IMG/VR virus record: IMGVR_UViG_3300034349_000030 | Span: 1-47,529 of that record | DNA: 47,529 bases | Reading direction: 5' to 3' (one strand) | From: a virus | Lineage: Duplodnaviria > Caudoviricetes | Shown here: one piece after another, positions 28,504 through 37,277 of the stretch | Layout: every line of letters begins with the position of its first letter | Numbering within the stretch: the stretch's first letter is position 1 | The notes under the pieces: generated by a model | Told to the model about the DNA's origin: nothing | What the model saw: the letters and a program-made list of their open reading frames with translations, nothing else | Database searches by the model: none | Program-made: the position numbers and the translations under genes

Positions 28504-29082
28504 ATGCTCTCACAACACCCTTTCATCCCATCCCGGTATTACAAAACGGCTTACCGTGAGGCCGTTGACTACGTGGTGATTCACACAATGGAACTTCCTT
28601 GCGTCCCCGGCATGGCCCAACGTTGCGCGGAGAAGATGCGGGATCTCCCTCCCAACCTTCCCGGAGACAAGCAGAAGTCCGCTCACTACTTCGTGGATCC
28701 CTATGCCATCTTCCAAGGTGTTCCGGAGAAACACGTTGCCTACCACTGTCCAAACGCCAATCGAAGGGGAATCGGCATTGAGCACGCGGCCTATGCTCTC
28801 GGCTCCTACCCTCCCGGGCAGGGATACCCCACGGACTTTGCCGGCCTCGAGGCCGCGGCCATGCTCGAGCTTTCGGTGGGCCTTGTGGCGGAGATTTGCT
28901 CTCGGTGGGGCATCCCGATCGTGCGTCTCCTCCCCGGGCAAATCCTCCACGGCCGCGGCATCGTGGGCCATGTGGACGTGGCCGCGGAATTCAAATCGAG
29001 CAACCATCGCGATCCCGGGCCTCGGTGGCCTTGGGATTCCTTCCTTGAGGCCGTGAGAGGTAAGTGGAGGCCGCAGCCATGA
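28504..29082 (+). CDS. Endolysin, N-acetylmuramoyl-L-alanine amidase (Amidase_2)
   Basis: VIHT, SAHY.VD, AYHC, N..GIGIE, GH.D, H.DPG..WPW. GGAGG RBS before ATG 28504. Confidence 0.93.
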   Translation: MLSQHPFIPSRYYKTAYREAVDYVVIHTMELPCVPGMAQRCAEKMRDLPPNLPGDKQKSAHYFVDPYAIFQGVPEKHVAYHCPNANRRGIGIEHAAYALGSYPPGQGYPTDFAGLEAAAMLELSVGLVAEICSRWGIPIVRLLPGQILHGRGIVGHVDVAAEFKSSNHRDPGPRWPWDSFLEAVRGKWRPQP

Positions 29083-29903
29083 TCCGCATATTCCACGTCT
29101 CGGATCTTCATTTCGATTGCGAGGGAGATTCCGACACCAAGGCCAAGAAGCTCCTTGCCACGATTTGGGCCCGGCACTTCCAGCGGGAGATTTATCCCGG
29201 GGTGCAAGGTGGGAAGGGCACCAAGTCTTATCTCCTAGTGACCGGGGATGTGGTGGACGATGCCCGGGAGAACCAATATCAAGCCGCGGCCGAAGCCCTC
29301 TCCCCATTTCGGGGGAGGCTTCTTATGTGCCCGGGGAATCATGATTTCGGTCTCCTCGGCAACTTCTTTGAGCCCGCATCCTTGGGCTTGTGGAGGCGGT
29401 ACTTTCAACCTCTGTGTGTAGCAGAGGGAGACCAAACGCAAAAGGCCGCGGTGGGGGCCCTCCTCGAGGAGGGGGAGAGCCGTATCGTTACCATCGGGCT
29501 CAACTCCAACCTACTCACGGAGAGTCCGCTTGATTTCGCCCAAGGTGAGATTGGAGAGCCGCAGCTTGAGAGCTTGCGCGTATTACTCAACCGTGCGGCC
29601 TTCATGGACGTGCCTACGCTTGTCTACCTTCATCATCGGCCCTTGGCCTTTGATTGGCCAACCTCCCGCGTGATGGCCCTTCGGGATGCGGCGGAGTTCC
29701 TCGGGGTGGTGGAGGGAGTGGTTGACTTCGTGGCGTATGGCCATAGTGGCCGAGGGCTCGAGCGGAGGAAGCCTCCGGGGAACGTCTCAACGTTGTTGGA
29801 TGACACCAAACTACTTGACGCGAATTGCAGCGTTGAGGATGGGACCTACTTCCAAATTACGGTGGATGGTGTGGAGCCCTATGTCATCACCCTTCATTTG
29901 TAG
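29079..29903 (+). CDS. Calcineurin-like metallophosphoesterase (CpdA/Icc-like)
   Basis: SDLH, TGDVVD, PGNHD, G.IG..QL, LHH, YGHS. Confidence 0.88.
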   Translation: MIRIFHVSDLHFDCEGDSDTKAKKLLATIWARHFQREIYPGVQGGKGTKSYLLVTGDVVDDARENQYQAAAEALSPFRGRLLMCPGNHDFGLLGNFFEPASLGLWRRYFQPLCVAEGDQTQKAAVGALLEEGESRIVTIGLNSNLLTESPLDFAQGEIGEPQLESLRVLLNRAAFMDVPTLVYLHHRPLAFDWPTSRVMALRDAAEFLGVVEGVVDFVAYGHSGRGLERRKPPGNVSTLLDDTKLLDANCSVEDGTYFQITVDGVEPYVITLHL

Positions 29904-29909
29904 GGCCGC

Positions 29910-30143
29910 TTACCTTTCCTGCAAGTGGCCTCTGTGCTTGTTGTGTTGGGAGTGGAAATGGTGCCCGGATAGGATCCCGAAGTAGGCCCGGAACCCCTTG
30001 GGAGCCTTCCGCAGCTCAAAGCCTTGGGGCCTTCCGTCCGTTTTGGCTACCCTGGCACCACCCAACCGGAACCAAGCGCGTAGGGAGAAGCTACGGACAG
30101 CAAAAGGCCCATGCTTTGACGCACACTTGTGCGCTTCTGGCAT
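29910..30143 (-). CDS. Hypothetical protein (77 aa)
   Basis: Last ORF of the minus arm, converging on the late arm. Confidence 0.45.
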   Translation of the reverse strand: MPEAHKCASKHGPFAVRSFSLRAWFRLGGARVAKTDGRPQGFELRKAPKGFRAYFGILSGHHFHSQHNKHRGHLQER

Positions 30144-30157
30144 GGGCCTTGCTAAGG

Positions 30158-30466
30158 CTACCGTCCCTTGAGTGCTCGAGAAGCCGCAGCTCTCCGGGCC
30201 TTCATCACCGCGGCCGAAGCTTGGGGGACGGAGAGCCGGCGGGAGAGCTTGGCCGCTGCCACCTCATTGGCTCCAAGCTCCGGCACCTTGGTTGCCCGCT
30301 CCACGAACTCCGCGCAAGCAAGCGCACCCACCGAGGTGAGGCCTTGCCGCACAGAACGGTAATACTCTTTCCGGGCCTTGATGCCCATTTTGGTAAGCAT
30401 CTCCGCGTGATGCTTCGGAACTTCAACCCCCTCCACCATGCTATCAAATGCGTTCTCCACTCCCAT
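30158..30466 (-). CDS. Hypothetical protein (102 aa)
   Basis: GGAGG RBS, operon tiling. Confidence 0.7.
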   Translation of the reverse strand: MGVENAFDSMVEGVEVPKHHAEMLTKMGIKARKEYYRSVRQGLTSVGALACAEFVERATKVPELGANEVAAAKLSRRLSVPQASAAVMKARRAAASRALKGR

Positions 30467-30472
30467 TGTGTA

Positions 30473-31315
30473 TTACCTCCGTGCAAGATGTTTCCGGGCC
30501 CAGTGGTGGTGAAACCCATCCTTGATGGATGTGATCCACGCGTGCTCATGGCCGAGGATGGCCCACATGGATTCGGAGAGCCCATCGGCTCCGTAGGGGT
30601 TCATGATGGTGTGGCTCGAGCCCGCCTCACGGAGCAACGTCCGTGAGTGGTTCATGTCCCAAATGAGGCCGGGCCGGCAAGTCCAAAGGCTTGGGGTGTT
30701 CCTCCAAAGTGAGGTGAGATCCCAAACTGCGGAGCCATTCACGTGGGGAGCTGGCCACGACATCCGGGGCCCGGTAACCCGCTTTCCCTCCCGGATCGTC
30801 TGTTCATGGGCCGTCTTAAGGCGATCGATCCAATCGTGGGTGGTGGGGGCCCCATCGGCCTCAAACAGAAACGCGTCCGTGTAGGGGAACTCTCCCGAGG
30901 CCCACCTATCAGAGAGCCACTTCAACGTGGCACTCCAAAGTTCAAAACACCCGTCGGGGTGCCCGTGATCCTCTGCGATGGGCATCGGGGCCCACATCGT
31001 TGGGAATCGACGTTGGGTGTAGAGGATCGTCCGCCTCACGTCCTCGGATAGCGGGGTGTTGAAAGCTTGGGTGGCGAAAAGGAAGGCCACATCTTGCCGA
31101 GGCTCCGGCTCAATGTCCGTGAGGAGCCGCGCAAGCTTCATCGCTTCGGCTTCGTCCTTGGGGCAGAACTGCAACGCTAACACCAAGGGCATGGGGTGGT
31201 GCCATACTTTCTTTTGCAGCTCCCGCCGTTGCTCCTCGAGGGCAAGCGTGAGAGCTGCGGTAGCACCTCCCGGGAATCGTTCGGCAATGTGTTCCACCTT
31301 CTTGCATTCGCTCAT
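30473..31315 (-). CDS. Putative GT-A-fold glycosyltransferase-like protein
   Basis: Hydrophobic strand plus EAD (DxD-like) in AFLFEADGAP, followed by W...L, HVNGSAVW and WD. GGAGGAG RBS. Confidence 0.5.
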   Translation of the reverse strand: MSECKKVEHIAERFPGGATAALTLALEEQRRELQKKVWHHPMPLVLALQFCPKDEAEAMKLARLLTDIEPEPRQDVAFLFATQAFNTPLSEDVRRTILYTQRRFPTMWAPMPIAEDHGHPDGCFELWSATLKWLSDRWASGEFPYTDAFLFEADGAPTTHDWIDRLKTAHEQTIREGKRVTGPRMSWPAPHVNGSAVWDLTSLWRNTPSLWTCRPGLIWDMNHSRTLLREAGSSHTIMNPYGADGLSESMWAILGHEHAWITSIKDGFHHHWARKHLARR

Positions 31316-31755
31316 CGTAACTCCTCCGGTAATACCTTCTGCAACCTAGCTTTTAGCTTTCTGCCGTAGGGGGAGGGGCCACACCGGAAGCCAGCGTAGC
31401 CCCCAACCCATATGAACGCGGATTTGAAATCCACATCGGCCTCCGCGGAGCAAGCTTCTCGAGCCCGCGCAAGCCGGCGCATTGCCAACCACGTGGACAA
31501 CCGAGGTTGCATCAATTGGCGATCGGTGTAGCGGGCCTTGCCGGTGGTGATGGGGCCTCTCTTGAGCTGCCAACCCCCAAGCTCTCCCCGCAACCCCCGG
31601 GCATTCTTCCGGCACGTGGATTCGCTGAAAAGAACCACGGCCGCAAGCTCAACCGGGATGCCCCACTCCGGAGCGTAGGCCTCAATATGGGGAGCGAACT
31701 CCCCCGCATCCGGAGCGGAGCAACCAAGGGCAATGAGGAGAGCTAGGGTGTTCAT
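31312..31755 (-). CDS. Lytic transglycosylase (SLT domain) with a possible lipobox
   Basis: AV...ES catalytic motif, GE.G.WQL, C-terminal Y...Y. N-terminus MNTLALLIALGC. Confidence 0.7.
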   Translation of the reverse strand: MNTLALLIALGCSAPDAGEFAPHIEAYAPEWGIPVELAAVVLFSESTCRKNARGLRGELGGWQLKRGPITTGKARYTDRQLMQPRLSTWLAMRRLARAREACSAEADVDFKSAFIWVGGYAGFRCGPSPYGRKLKARLQKVLPEELR

Positions 31756-32180
31756 TCTTCGGATTTGCTTCGTGGGGTGGGAGCGCTGCGGAATCGAATT
31801 GCCTCAAGGTCTTTCGGGGAGATGGTAACGCACCCTTGAAGGAACTCCAAGGCCTCCTCCGTGGCCCCACACAACCGGGCATGCAAGAGCAAGCTCCGCA
31901 CCATCCCACCGGCCTCCCCCACTTCCTCCGCGGGGAACTCCCGGGTTTTCGGTACGGTCCAAGGCTCTACTTGCAGAGGCCCGGACTGCATCCGGATTGC
32001 CTTTTCTGTAATACTGTTGCGGAGTATGCAGCGGCCTTCCTTACTAACCCAAAGTTCGAAGCCCTTTGCCTTGATGGTGGGGATGGGGTCCAAGCTCTCG
32101 ATCAAGGCTTTGAGCTTCTTGCTTGGGGTGGGAGTGATCCGTTGCTCCACCGATGCCGGCTTGGATGGGAAAAATGCCAC
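31752..32180 (-). CDS. Hypothetical protein (142 aa)
   Basis: GGAGG RBS with GTG start; ATGA overlap downstream. Confidence 0.7.
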   Translation of the reverse strand: MAFFPSKPASVEQRITPTPSKKLKALIESLDPIPTIKAKGFELWVSKEGRCILRNSITEKAIRMQSGPLQVEPWTVPKTREFPAEEVGEAGGMVRSLLLHARLCGATEEALEFLQGCVTISPKDLEAIRFRSAPTPRSKSEE

Positions 32181-32182
32181 CG

Positions 32183-33376
32183 CTATTCCTCCCCGGCCCC
32201 AAGCTCCTTGAGGGACGCGTTGTCAAGCTCCGGGACGCTGGCTCCGGCAATCCCTGCCACATCTCCGTGAAGCCCGACAAGGGACGCAATCACGGCATCG
32301 TGGGAGGCCGCACGGACGGCCCATTGCTTTGTGAGTGCCCGCTTCTCCTTCTCGAGCCCGTCTTGGAGGGATTTGATCGCCTCCACGGCCCCTTGGAGCC
32401 GATGCTTGAAGGCCGGGCCGGTGAGGTAGGCATAGACAGATTGGGCCTTGGTTTCGAAGCCCTCAGAGTTGCGACGGGCGGCATGGACAGCAAACAAGCC
32501 GGCCCGTAATACGATGGTGAGGGGCACCACGGAGGCAAGGGAGCACACCCACACCCCCTCGAGGCAATCGAAATGCTTCACCCCATCGGGAAGGGCTTGG
32601 GAGACAAGGACGGCAATGTCCGCCTTGGCGGAGCGTTGGTCCGTGCGGAGCTTGGGGAGCCAACCCTGTGAAAAGGCCTTGGTGCGCTTGCTCTCGAAAA
32701 GGATCGTCCCAATCTCGGTGGACGGGTTGCGGACACGGAGGAGGCAGTCCGCTCCGTTCACCCCCTTGGCAATCGGCTCCACCTCGTCCGTGGAATCGAA
32801 ACGCTCCGCAAGCATGGTCTCAAGCTCAAGCTCTTGAGCCTCACCCTGCAACTGTTGTGAGCCTTGCTCCGCACGTTGCCGGAGTTCCTCGATCTGTTTC
32901 CCCATCATCTCAATGGTGTGTTGCTTCTCTGCCACCTTCAACCGCTCCGCCTCGGTGGCCTCGAGCTTGGCTTGATTCCTCACGGCCTCGAGGCCGGAGG
33001 AGACTTTCCTCTCCACGGTGAGATCCAACTCCCGCTTGGCCTCCTCAAGCTCTCGAGCCTTGCGGGTTGCGTCCGCTTGCACGCGTTGAGCTTCGGCCAA
33101 CTTCAGATCTTGGGAGGATAGGGTTTTGCGAAGCTCCTCCGCGGCCTTCTCCGCATCCTTGGACTTCCGCTCCAAATCCGCAATGGTTCGAGCGGAGCCC
33201 ATTGCCGCGGCTCTATCCGCATCTAGCTTGGCTTCAATCCGTGCCCTCTCCAAGGAGACGGAGGCATCCGCCTCCATTTGCTTGCGTTGGGCCTCGAGCA
33301 TGGGGGCTGCAATGCTGTCCGTGAGGGCAAACGGCTTCTTGCAGTGGGGGCAGCGAATGTTGAGATCTGAACTCAT
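32183..33376 (-). CDS. DUF2130 family protein (zinc ribbon, coiled coil, PD-(D/E)xK-like domain)
   Basis: I.CP.C, long coiled coil, GSQQLQGEAQELELE, KGV.GAD, ESKRTK.F...WL.KL..DQR. Confidence 0.88.
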   Translation of the reverse strand: MSSDLNIRCPHCKKPFALTDSIAAPMLEAQRKQMEADASVSLERARIEAKLDADRAAAMGSARTIADLERKSKDAEKAAEELRKTLSSQDLKLAEAQRVQADATRKARELEEAKRELDLTVERKVSSGLEAVRNQAKLEATEAERLKVAEKQHTIEMMGKQIEELRQRAEQGSQQLQGEAQELELETMLAERFDSTDEVEPIAKGVNGADCLLRVRNPSTEIGTILFESKRTKAFSQGWLPKLRTDQRSAKADIAVLVSQALPDGVKHFDCLEGVWVCSLASVVPLTIVLRAGLFAVHAARRNSEGFETKAQSVYAYLTGPAFKHRLQGAVEAIKSLQDGLEKEKRALTKQWAVRAASHDAVIASLVGLHGDVAGIAGASVPELDNASLKELGAGEE

Positions 33377-33397
33377 GGGGGTGTGGTCTCCTTTGCA

Positions 33398-33592
33398 TTA
33401 CGGAATGGGGTGAAAGCCCCAAAGTCTAGCGGCCTCGAGTTGGGCTATTCTCGCATCGGCCTTGGTGAGGGCATCGCGGAGGAGGGCCACCTCCAAGCAC
33501 TTGGAGCGGTAGCGTTTCTCCCGCTCTGTTTGTACCTCCTCCAAGAAGGCAACGATCTTGAACCCTAGCAATCTTCCTAATCCCTTGAACAT
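33398..33592 (-). CDS. Hypothetical protein (64 aa)
   Basis: AGGAGG RBS, operon tiling. Confidence 0.6.
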   Translation of the reverse strand: MFKGLGRLLGFKIVAFLEEVQTEREKRYRSKCLEVALLRDALTKADARIAQLEAARLWGFHPIP

Positions 33593-33610
33593 TTGGCATC
33601 CTCCTTTGTA

Positions 33611-35080
33611 TTACGCGGCCTTCTTGGCGTATTCCTGCAATGCCCGAAAGAGGGCAAGTTGTGTGCGGCCCTTGGTGCGAATGACCGAGGCCACCACCTC
33701 CTCCACCGTCTTACGTGCGAGGATGCGATACACAATCACACGATCGGCTTTGTTGCCTTGGCGGAGAGCCCGCCGGATGAGTTGATCGTATTCCTCGTAA
33801 TTCCACGTGAGGGTGTACCACGCAATATGTGCGCAGTTGCAACCTTGCATGTTGAGCCCGTGAGATACAGCCTTGGGGTGCGCGGCAAGCACCTCAATCT
33901 TTCCCGCGTTCCACTCCTCGAGGATGCGGCTCAAATCCTTGGACTTGGTGTGCCCGTTGATGACAGGAATCTCCTTGTTGAAGCTCCGCAAGATGCGCTC
34001 CAAGTCGTGATCGAACTCGTAGGGAACGATCAAGGGTTGGCCTTGGAGTTCCTCCACAATCTCGTGGAGGGCTTCCGTTTTCTCCTCGTGAAGGTGTACC
34101 ACCTTACGCTCCCCCGCAATGCCATCATCGTCTATGGGGATGGTGTAGGCCCCACCGGATGCGAACTGCCGGAGCTTTTGGGATGCCGCTGCGGCATTGG
34201 CCGCAGTGATGGTATCCGTCCGCACCTCGGCAAGGAACTCCTTTTCCATCCTGGTATAGTTGCCCCGCACGGATTCGGGCAGCGAAACCCACACATCCCG
34301 CTCAACGAGTTCCGGTAGATCAAGGTAATCCTCGGCCTTCATGGAGAGGACAAGAGGCGCGATGGCCCGGTGGATTTTGACGTCCGCTCCCGGTTGAATA
34401 ACCCACTTCCAACCCATGCGATCCGGGTTGTAGAAATAGCTTGTCCTGTAATTCGTAATGTATTTCCCTAGCGCTACTCCACCGTCGATGGCCTTGATTT
34501 GCCCGAACAGATCTATGAGGCCATTGGCAGCGGGGGAGCCGGTGAGCCCCCATCGTACCTTGAAGAGGCGGAGGAACTTTTCAATGAGTTTGAAGCGCTT
34601 GGATTTGGTGTTCTTGAACTTCGAAAGCTCATCGAGGGCCACCGCATCGAAGCCCTTGGATAGGAGGGTGTGGATTGGTGCCAGGAACGTTCTGCCGGTG
34701 GCCTTGTCCTTGCGTTGGGAGCAAAGCCACTTGAGCCCATCGTGGTTGATAACGAATATGTCTGGAACATCCGTCCGGTTGAGAGTTGCCTCCTTGCCTC
34801 CCCCATCTTCGTGGAGGAACCCCACCTTGAGGCCGTTGAACTGCGCCCACTTCCCAAGCTCCCCCTTGTGGCTCCACACCTCGGAGCAAACGCGCTTGGG
34901 TGCCACAACAAGCATGCGGTGGGCGGAGTCACGCTTGCGACGCTCAAGGAATGCGGCAAGGGTGATCGAGGTTTTCCCGAGGCCCGGATCCAGGAATAGC
35001 GCGGCCTCGATGTGGCCCACAAGCCACTTGATGGCCCGCTTTTGGTAGATGTGAGGCCTCCAAATTTCGGGGGTGTTCAT
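33611..35080 (-). CDS. SNF2-family (SF2) helicase
   Basis: YQ, LDPGLGKT, APKRV, LDELS, LTGSP, KLRQ, HGLN.Q, R..RQG. Confidence 0.93.
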   Translation of the reverse strand: MNTPEIWRPHIYQKRAIKWLVGHIEAALFLDPGLGKTSITLAAFLERRKRDSAHRMLVVAPKRVCSEVWSHKGELGKWAQFNGLKVGFLHEDGGGKEATLNRTDVPDIFVINHDGLKWLCSQRKDKATGRTFLAPIHTLLSKGFDAVALDELSKFKNTKSKRFKLIEKFLRLFKVRWGLTGSPAANGLIDLFGQIKAIDGGVALGKYITNYRTSYFYNPDRMGWKWVIQPGADVKIHRAIAPLVLSMKAEDYLDLPELVERDVWVSLPESVRGNYTRMEKEFLAEVRTDTITAANAAAASQKLRQFASGGAYTIPIDDDGIAGERKVVHLHEEKTEALHEIVEELQGQPLIVPYEFDHDLERILRSFNKEIPVINGHTKSKDLSRILEEWNAGKIEVLAAHPKAVSHGLNMQGCNCAHIAWYTLTWNYEEYDQLIRRALRQGNKADRVIVYRILARKTVEEVVASVIRTKGRTQLALFRALQEYAKKAA

Positions 35081-35496
35081 GCCTTGGCCCTCTTCAATTC
35101 ACGTTGAGCTTTGCAAACAGAGCACCCCGGGGCGCAACGTTGCCCTTTCTTCTCCACCTTGAGGGTGAGTGGGGACTGTCCCACCTTCTTGGTTTTTGCG
35201 TAATACTTGAAGAGGGCAAGGTACTCCTCCGCAAGCTCCTTGGAGTCGATCGTGGTGACTTGATAGCCAAGCTTTTTCATGCGGCCTTGCCATTGGGCTT
35301 GGAGCCGCGTTGGCACCTCCCCCGGCTTCTTGAACTCGATCAACCACGGCCTCCCACCCAAGGCAAATACGATTCGGTCCACCTTGCCGCGCTCACCAAG
35401 GCCGTGGAACTTGGGGCACGGGAACGGACAGCGACGGGCAAAGCTTCGCTCAATGTCGGACTCGAGCACATTCTCCACGGGCTTAACGTTTGGCAT
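35077..35496 (-). CDS. VRR-NUC domain nuclease
   Basis: E..IE, G..DR, IEFK.PG...T.LQ; usual position upstream of SNF2. Confidence 0.88.
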   Translation of the reverse strand: MPNVKPVENVLESDIERSFARRCPFPCPKFHGLGERGKVDRIVFALGGRPWLIEFKKPGEVPTRLQAQWQGRMKKLGYQVTTIDSKELAEEYLALFKYYAKTKKVGQSPLTLKVEKKGQRCAPGCSVCKAQRELKRAKA

Positions 35497-35950
35497 GTTG
35501 GGGCCTCCAAATCACCACCACAGACGGGAAAAATCCGGACGCTCTATAGGGCCCGCCGGTTAGAAACCTAACCCTGCCACGGATGTAGCGCACCTCCACC
35601 GATCCGATGGCAATTCCCGGGACTATGTCCTCATGCCACCAAGCCAAGTCTGTAGACGCTGGAAGTAGTCCAACCACTAAAGCCCCCTTGCTTTGAGCTT
35701 CCCGGGACTTCCTTGTCCAGGCATATATTTCGCGGCCATAGGGTGGGTGCATAAAAACGCGAGATGCTCCCCAAGACCGCGTAAGACCATCATCCCTCTC
35801 CGTGAAAAACCTTTCGCACTTTGCGGTTTTCTTAGAGGCGCAAGGATCTAGGTTGAAGTGGAACTCATCGTTGAGAGGTTGGAATATTTCAGGAGGAGTC
35901 TCCCACAACCTCCCATTCCCGTTGTATCTACCATTATTGCGCGCCTGCAT
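35483..35950 (-). CDS. dam: Phage DNA N6-adenine methyltransferase (lambdoid Dam-like family)
   Basis: WETP, F.LD.CA, AKC, DGL...W, motif IV HPPY, LLPA.TD..WW, RGR..F. ATG 35950 is preferred. Confidence 0.85.
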   Translation of the reverse strand: MQARNNGRYNGNGRLWETPPEIFQPLNDEFHFNLDPCASKKTAKCERFFTERDDGLTRSWGASRVFMHPPYGREIYAWTRKSREAQSKGALVVGLLPASTDLAWWHEDIVPGIAIGSVEVRYIRGRVRFLTGGPYRASGFFPSVVVIWRPQHAKR

Positions 35951-35994
35951 ACCGTGTATTACGGCACGGTTGTTAGATGCCGCAATGGTGCGCC

Positions 35995-36714
35995 TTAATG
36001 TGGGCATGGGCCGCCCTTCGTCCTGGTAAGGTGGCACCATCCGCAGTGGTTACCGGGGGTAGGGATGAAAGCCGTATCGTTGAACATGGGAGCAAACCTA
36101 CGCTCCCACTTCTTGATGAGCCCGGGCAGATCCGAGCGCACGAAAACGCGGCCCTTCTCCGGAACGATCTCCCCCTCCTTGAGATACCAGAGAGCAACGC
36201 GGACAGTGTCCACAACCGGGGAGTCATCACAGAGGCCCCCAATTGCGTAAAGCTCGAGTTGATCCTCATCGGATTTGCGTATTACTCCGTTTTTGTAATC
36301 GATGATGTGGCGGACAAGGTAGAGCTTCTTGCCTGCCTTCTCCTCCTTGTCATACTTCATATCCATCTTGATCCGGTAGCGAGGAGACGGCTTGCCGGGC
36401 TCATCAAACCAAGACGTCGGCTTCCAATTCTTATCAAGGGCCAATTCGAATTGGGGTTGGAGGATCCTCTTCATCTTCCGCAGCTCATCGAACTCGAGCT
36501 TGAAGCGCTCCAACGTCTTGGGGCACGTCTTGAGCTGCCCGGTAGCATAGAGTTCCGCGTCCTTGTCGGCCTTGCTGCCATCATCCTTGGCCTTAGAGCT
36601 TGGCTCCTCCACCTTGTCGATGTGCTTTTTCTTGGCCTTGAATGCGCACTTCTCCCACTCGGCCAAGCGGGAGTAGCTCCCCGCCGTGAACTGTCGGATC
36701 CGTTTGATTGGCAT
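35995..36714 (-). CDS. PD-(D/E)xK exonuclease (Cas4/RecB-like)
   Basis: SYS.L.....C, D, IDYK.G, QL.LYA, C..C...CP. Confidence 0.88.
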   Translation of the reverse strand: MPIKRIRQFTAGSYSRLAEWEKCAFKAKKKHIDKVEEPSSKAKDDGSKADKDAELYATGQLKTCPKTLERFKLEFDELRKMKRILQPQFELALDKNWKPTSWFDEPGKPSPRYRIKMDMKYDKEEKAGKKLYLVRHIIDYKNGVIRKSDEDQLELYAIGGLCDDSPVVDTVRVALWYLKEGEIVPEKGRVFVRSDLPGLIKKWERRFAPMFNDTAFIPTPGNHCGWCHLTRTKGGPCPH

Positions 36715-36717
36715 GTA

Positions 36718-36936
36718 TTACTTTCCTTGCATACGTTGAATGTAACGGTAGTGTGGGGGGCAAAAGGCTTGCCCCTCCATAAGCACCAAGCACCTTTGGC
36801 AAAGCCGGGCTCCGCAAAGCCCGGCACGAATTGGGAACTCACAAAAGCCCACTGAATTCCCGTGGCATCCGGGGGTAGAGCACGGCCGCGGCTTTGCTCC
36901 CCCGCAGACAAAAACCGTGATCCCGGGCTTGTCCAT
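36718..36936 (-). CDS. Small Cys-rich zinc-finger protein
   Basis: C....C, CEFP, C...LC..C, CP.H; tiled between genes. Confidence 0.75.
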   Translation of the reverse strand: MDKPGITVFVCGGAKPRPCSTPGCHGNSVGFCEFPIRAGLCGARLCQRCLVLMEGQAFCPPHYRYIQRMQGK

Positions 36937-36938
36937 GG

Positions 36939-37271
36939 CTAGGCCTTGGCCTTCTCACCGGAGATGGTGGGTGTGCAGAGGCCTTCCGCCTCCCGGGCTT
37001 GGATCCGGCGCTCCATGAAGTCCACCAAAGGACGCAACCCCTCCCCATGATGTGCTAGCACATCCGAAGCCACTCCCCGCATGATGAGCGCTTCCCCGAA
37101 GGGGCAAAGACTCCGGACAAGCTCCGCGGCCTTCGGTGGAGTCATTCCCTCCACCAAGCCTTTTACAGCGATGAAAAACCCAAACCCCAAGCACTTGGGG
37201 CATCCACCATCAATAATCATTGCGTGATCTCCGAAGTCCGAAACGAGTGCTAGAAGTTTCTTGATGTCCAT
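36939..37271 (-). CDS. Hypothetical protein (110 aa)
   Basis: Operon tiling; CPKC.G.G motif. Confidence 0.65.
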   Translation of the reverse strand: MDIKKLLALVSDFGDHAMIIDGGCPKCLGFGFFIAVKGLVEGMTPPKAAELVRSLCPFGEALIMRGVASDVLAHHGEGLRPLVDFMERRIQAREAEGLCTPTISGEKAKA

Positions 37272-37277
37272 GGTGTA

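Noticed and set aside
35995-36714. Cas4-like gene as part of a CRISPR-Cas system
   Set aside because: There is no array and no other cas gene. It is a standard solo exonuclease in a PolA/VRR-NUC/SNF2 module.
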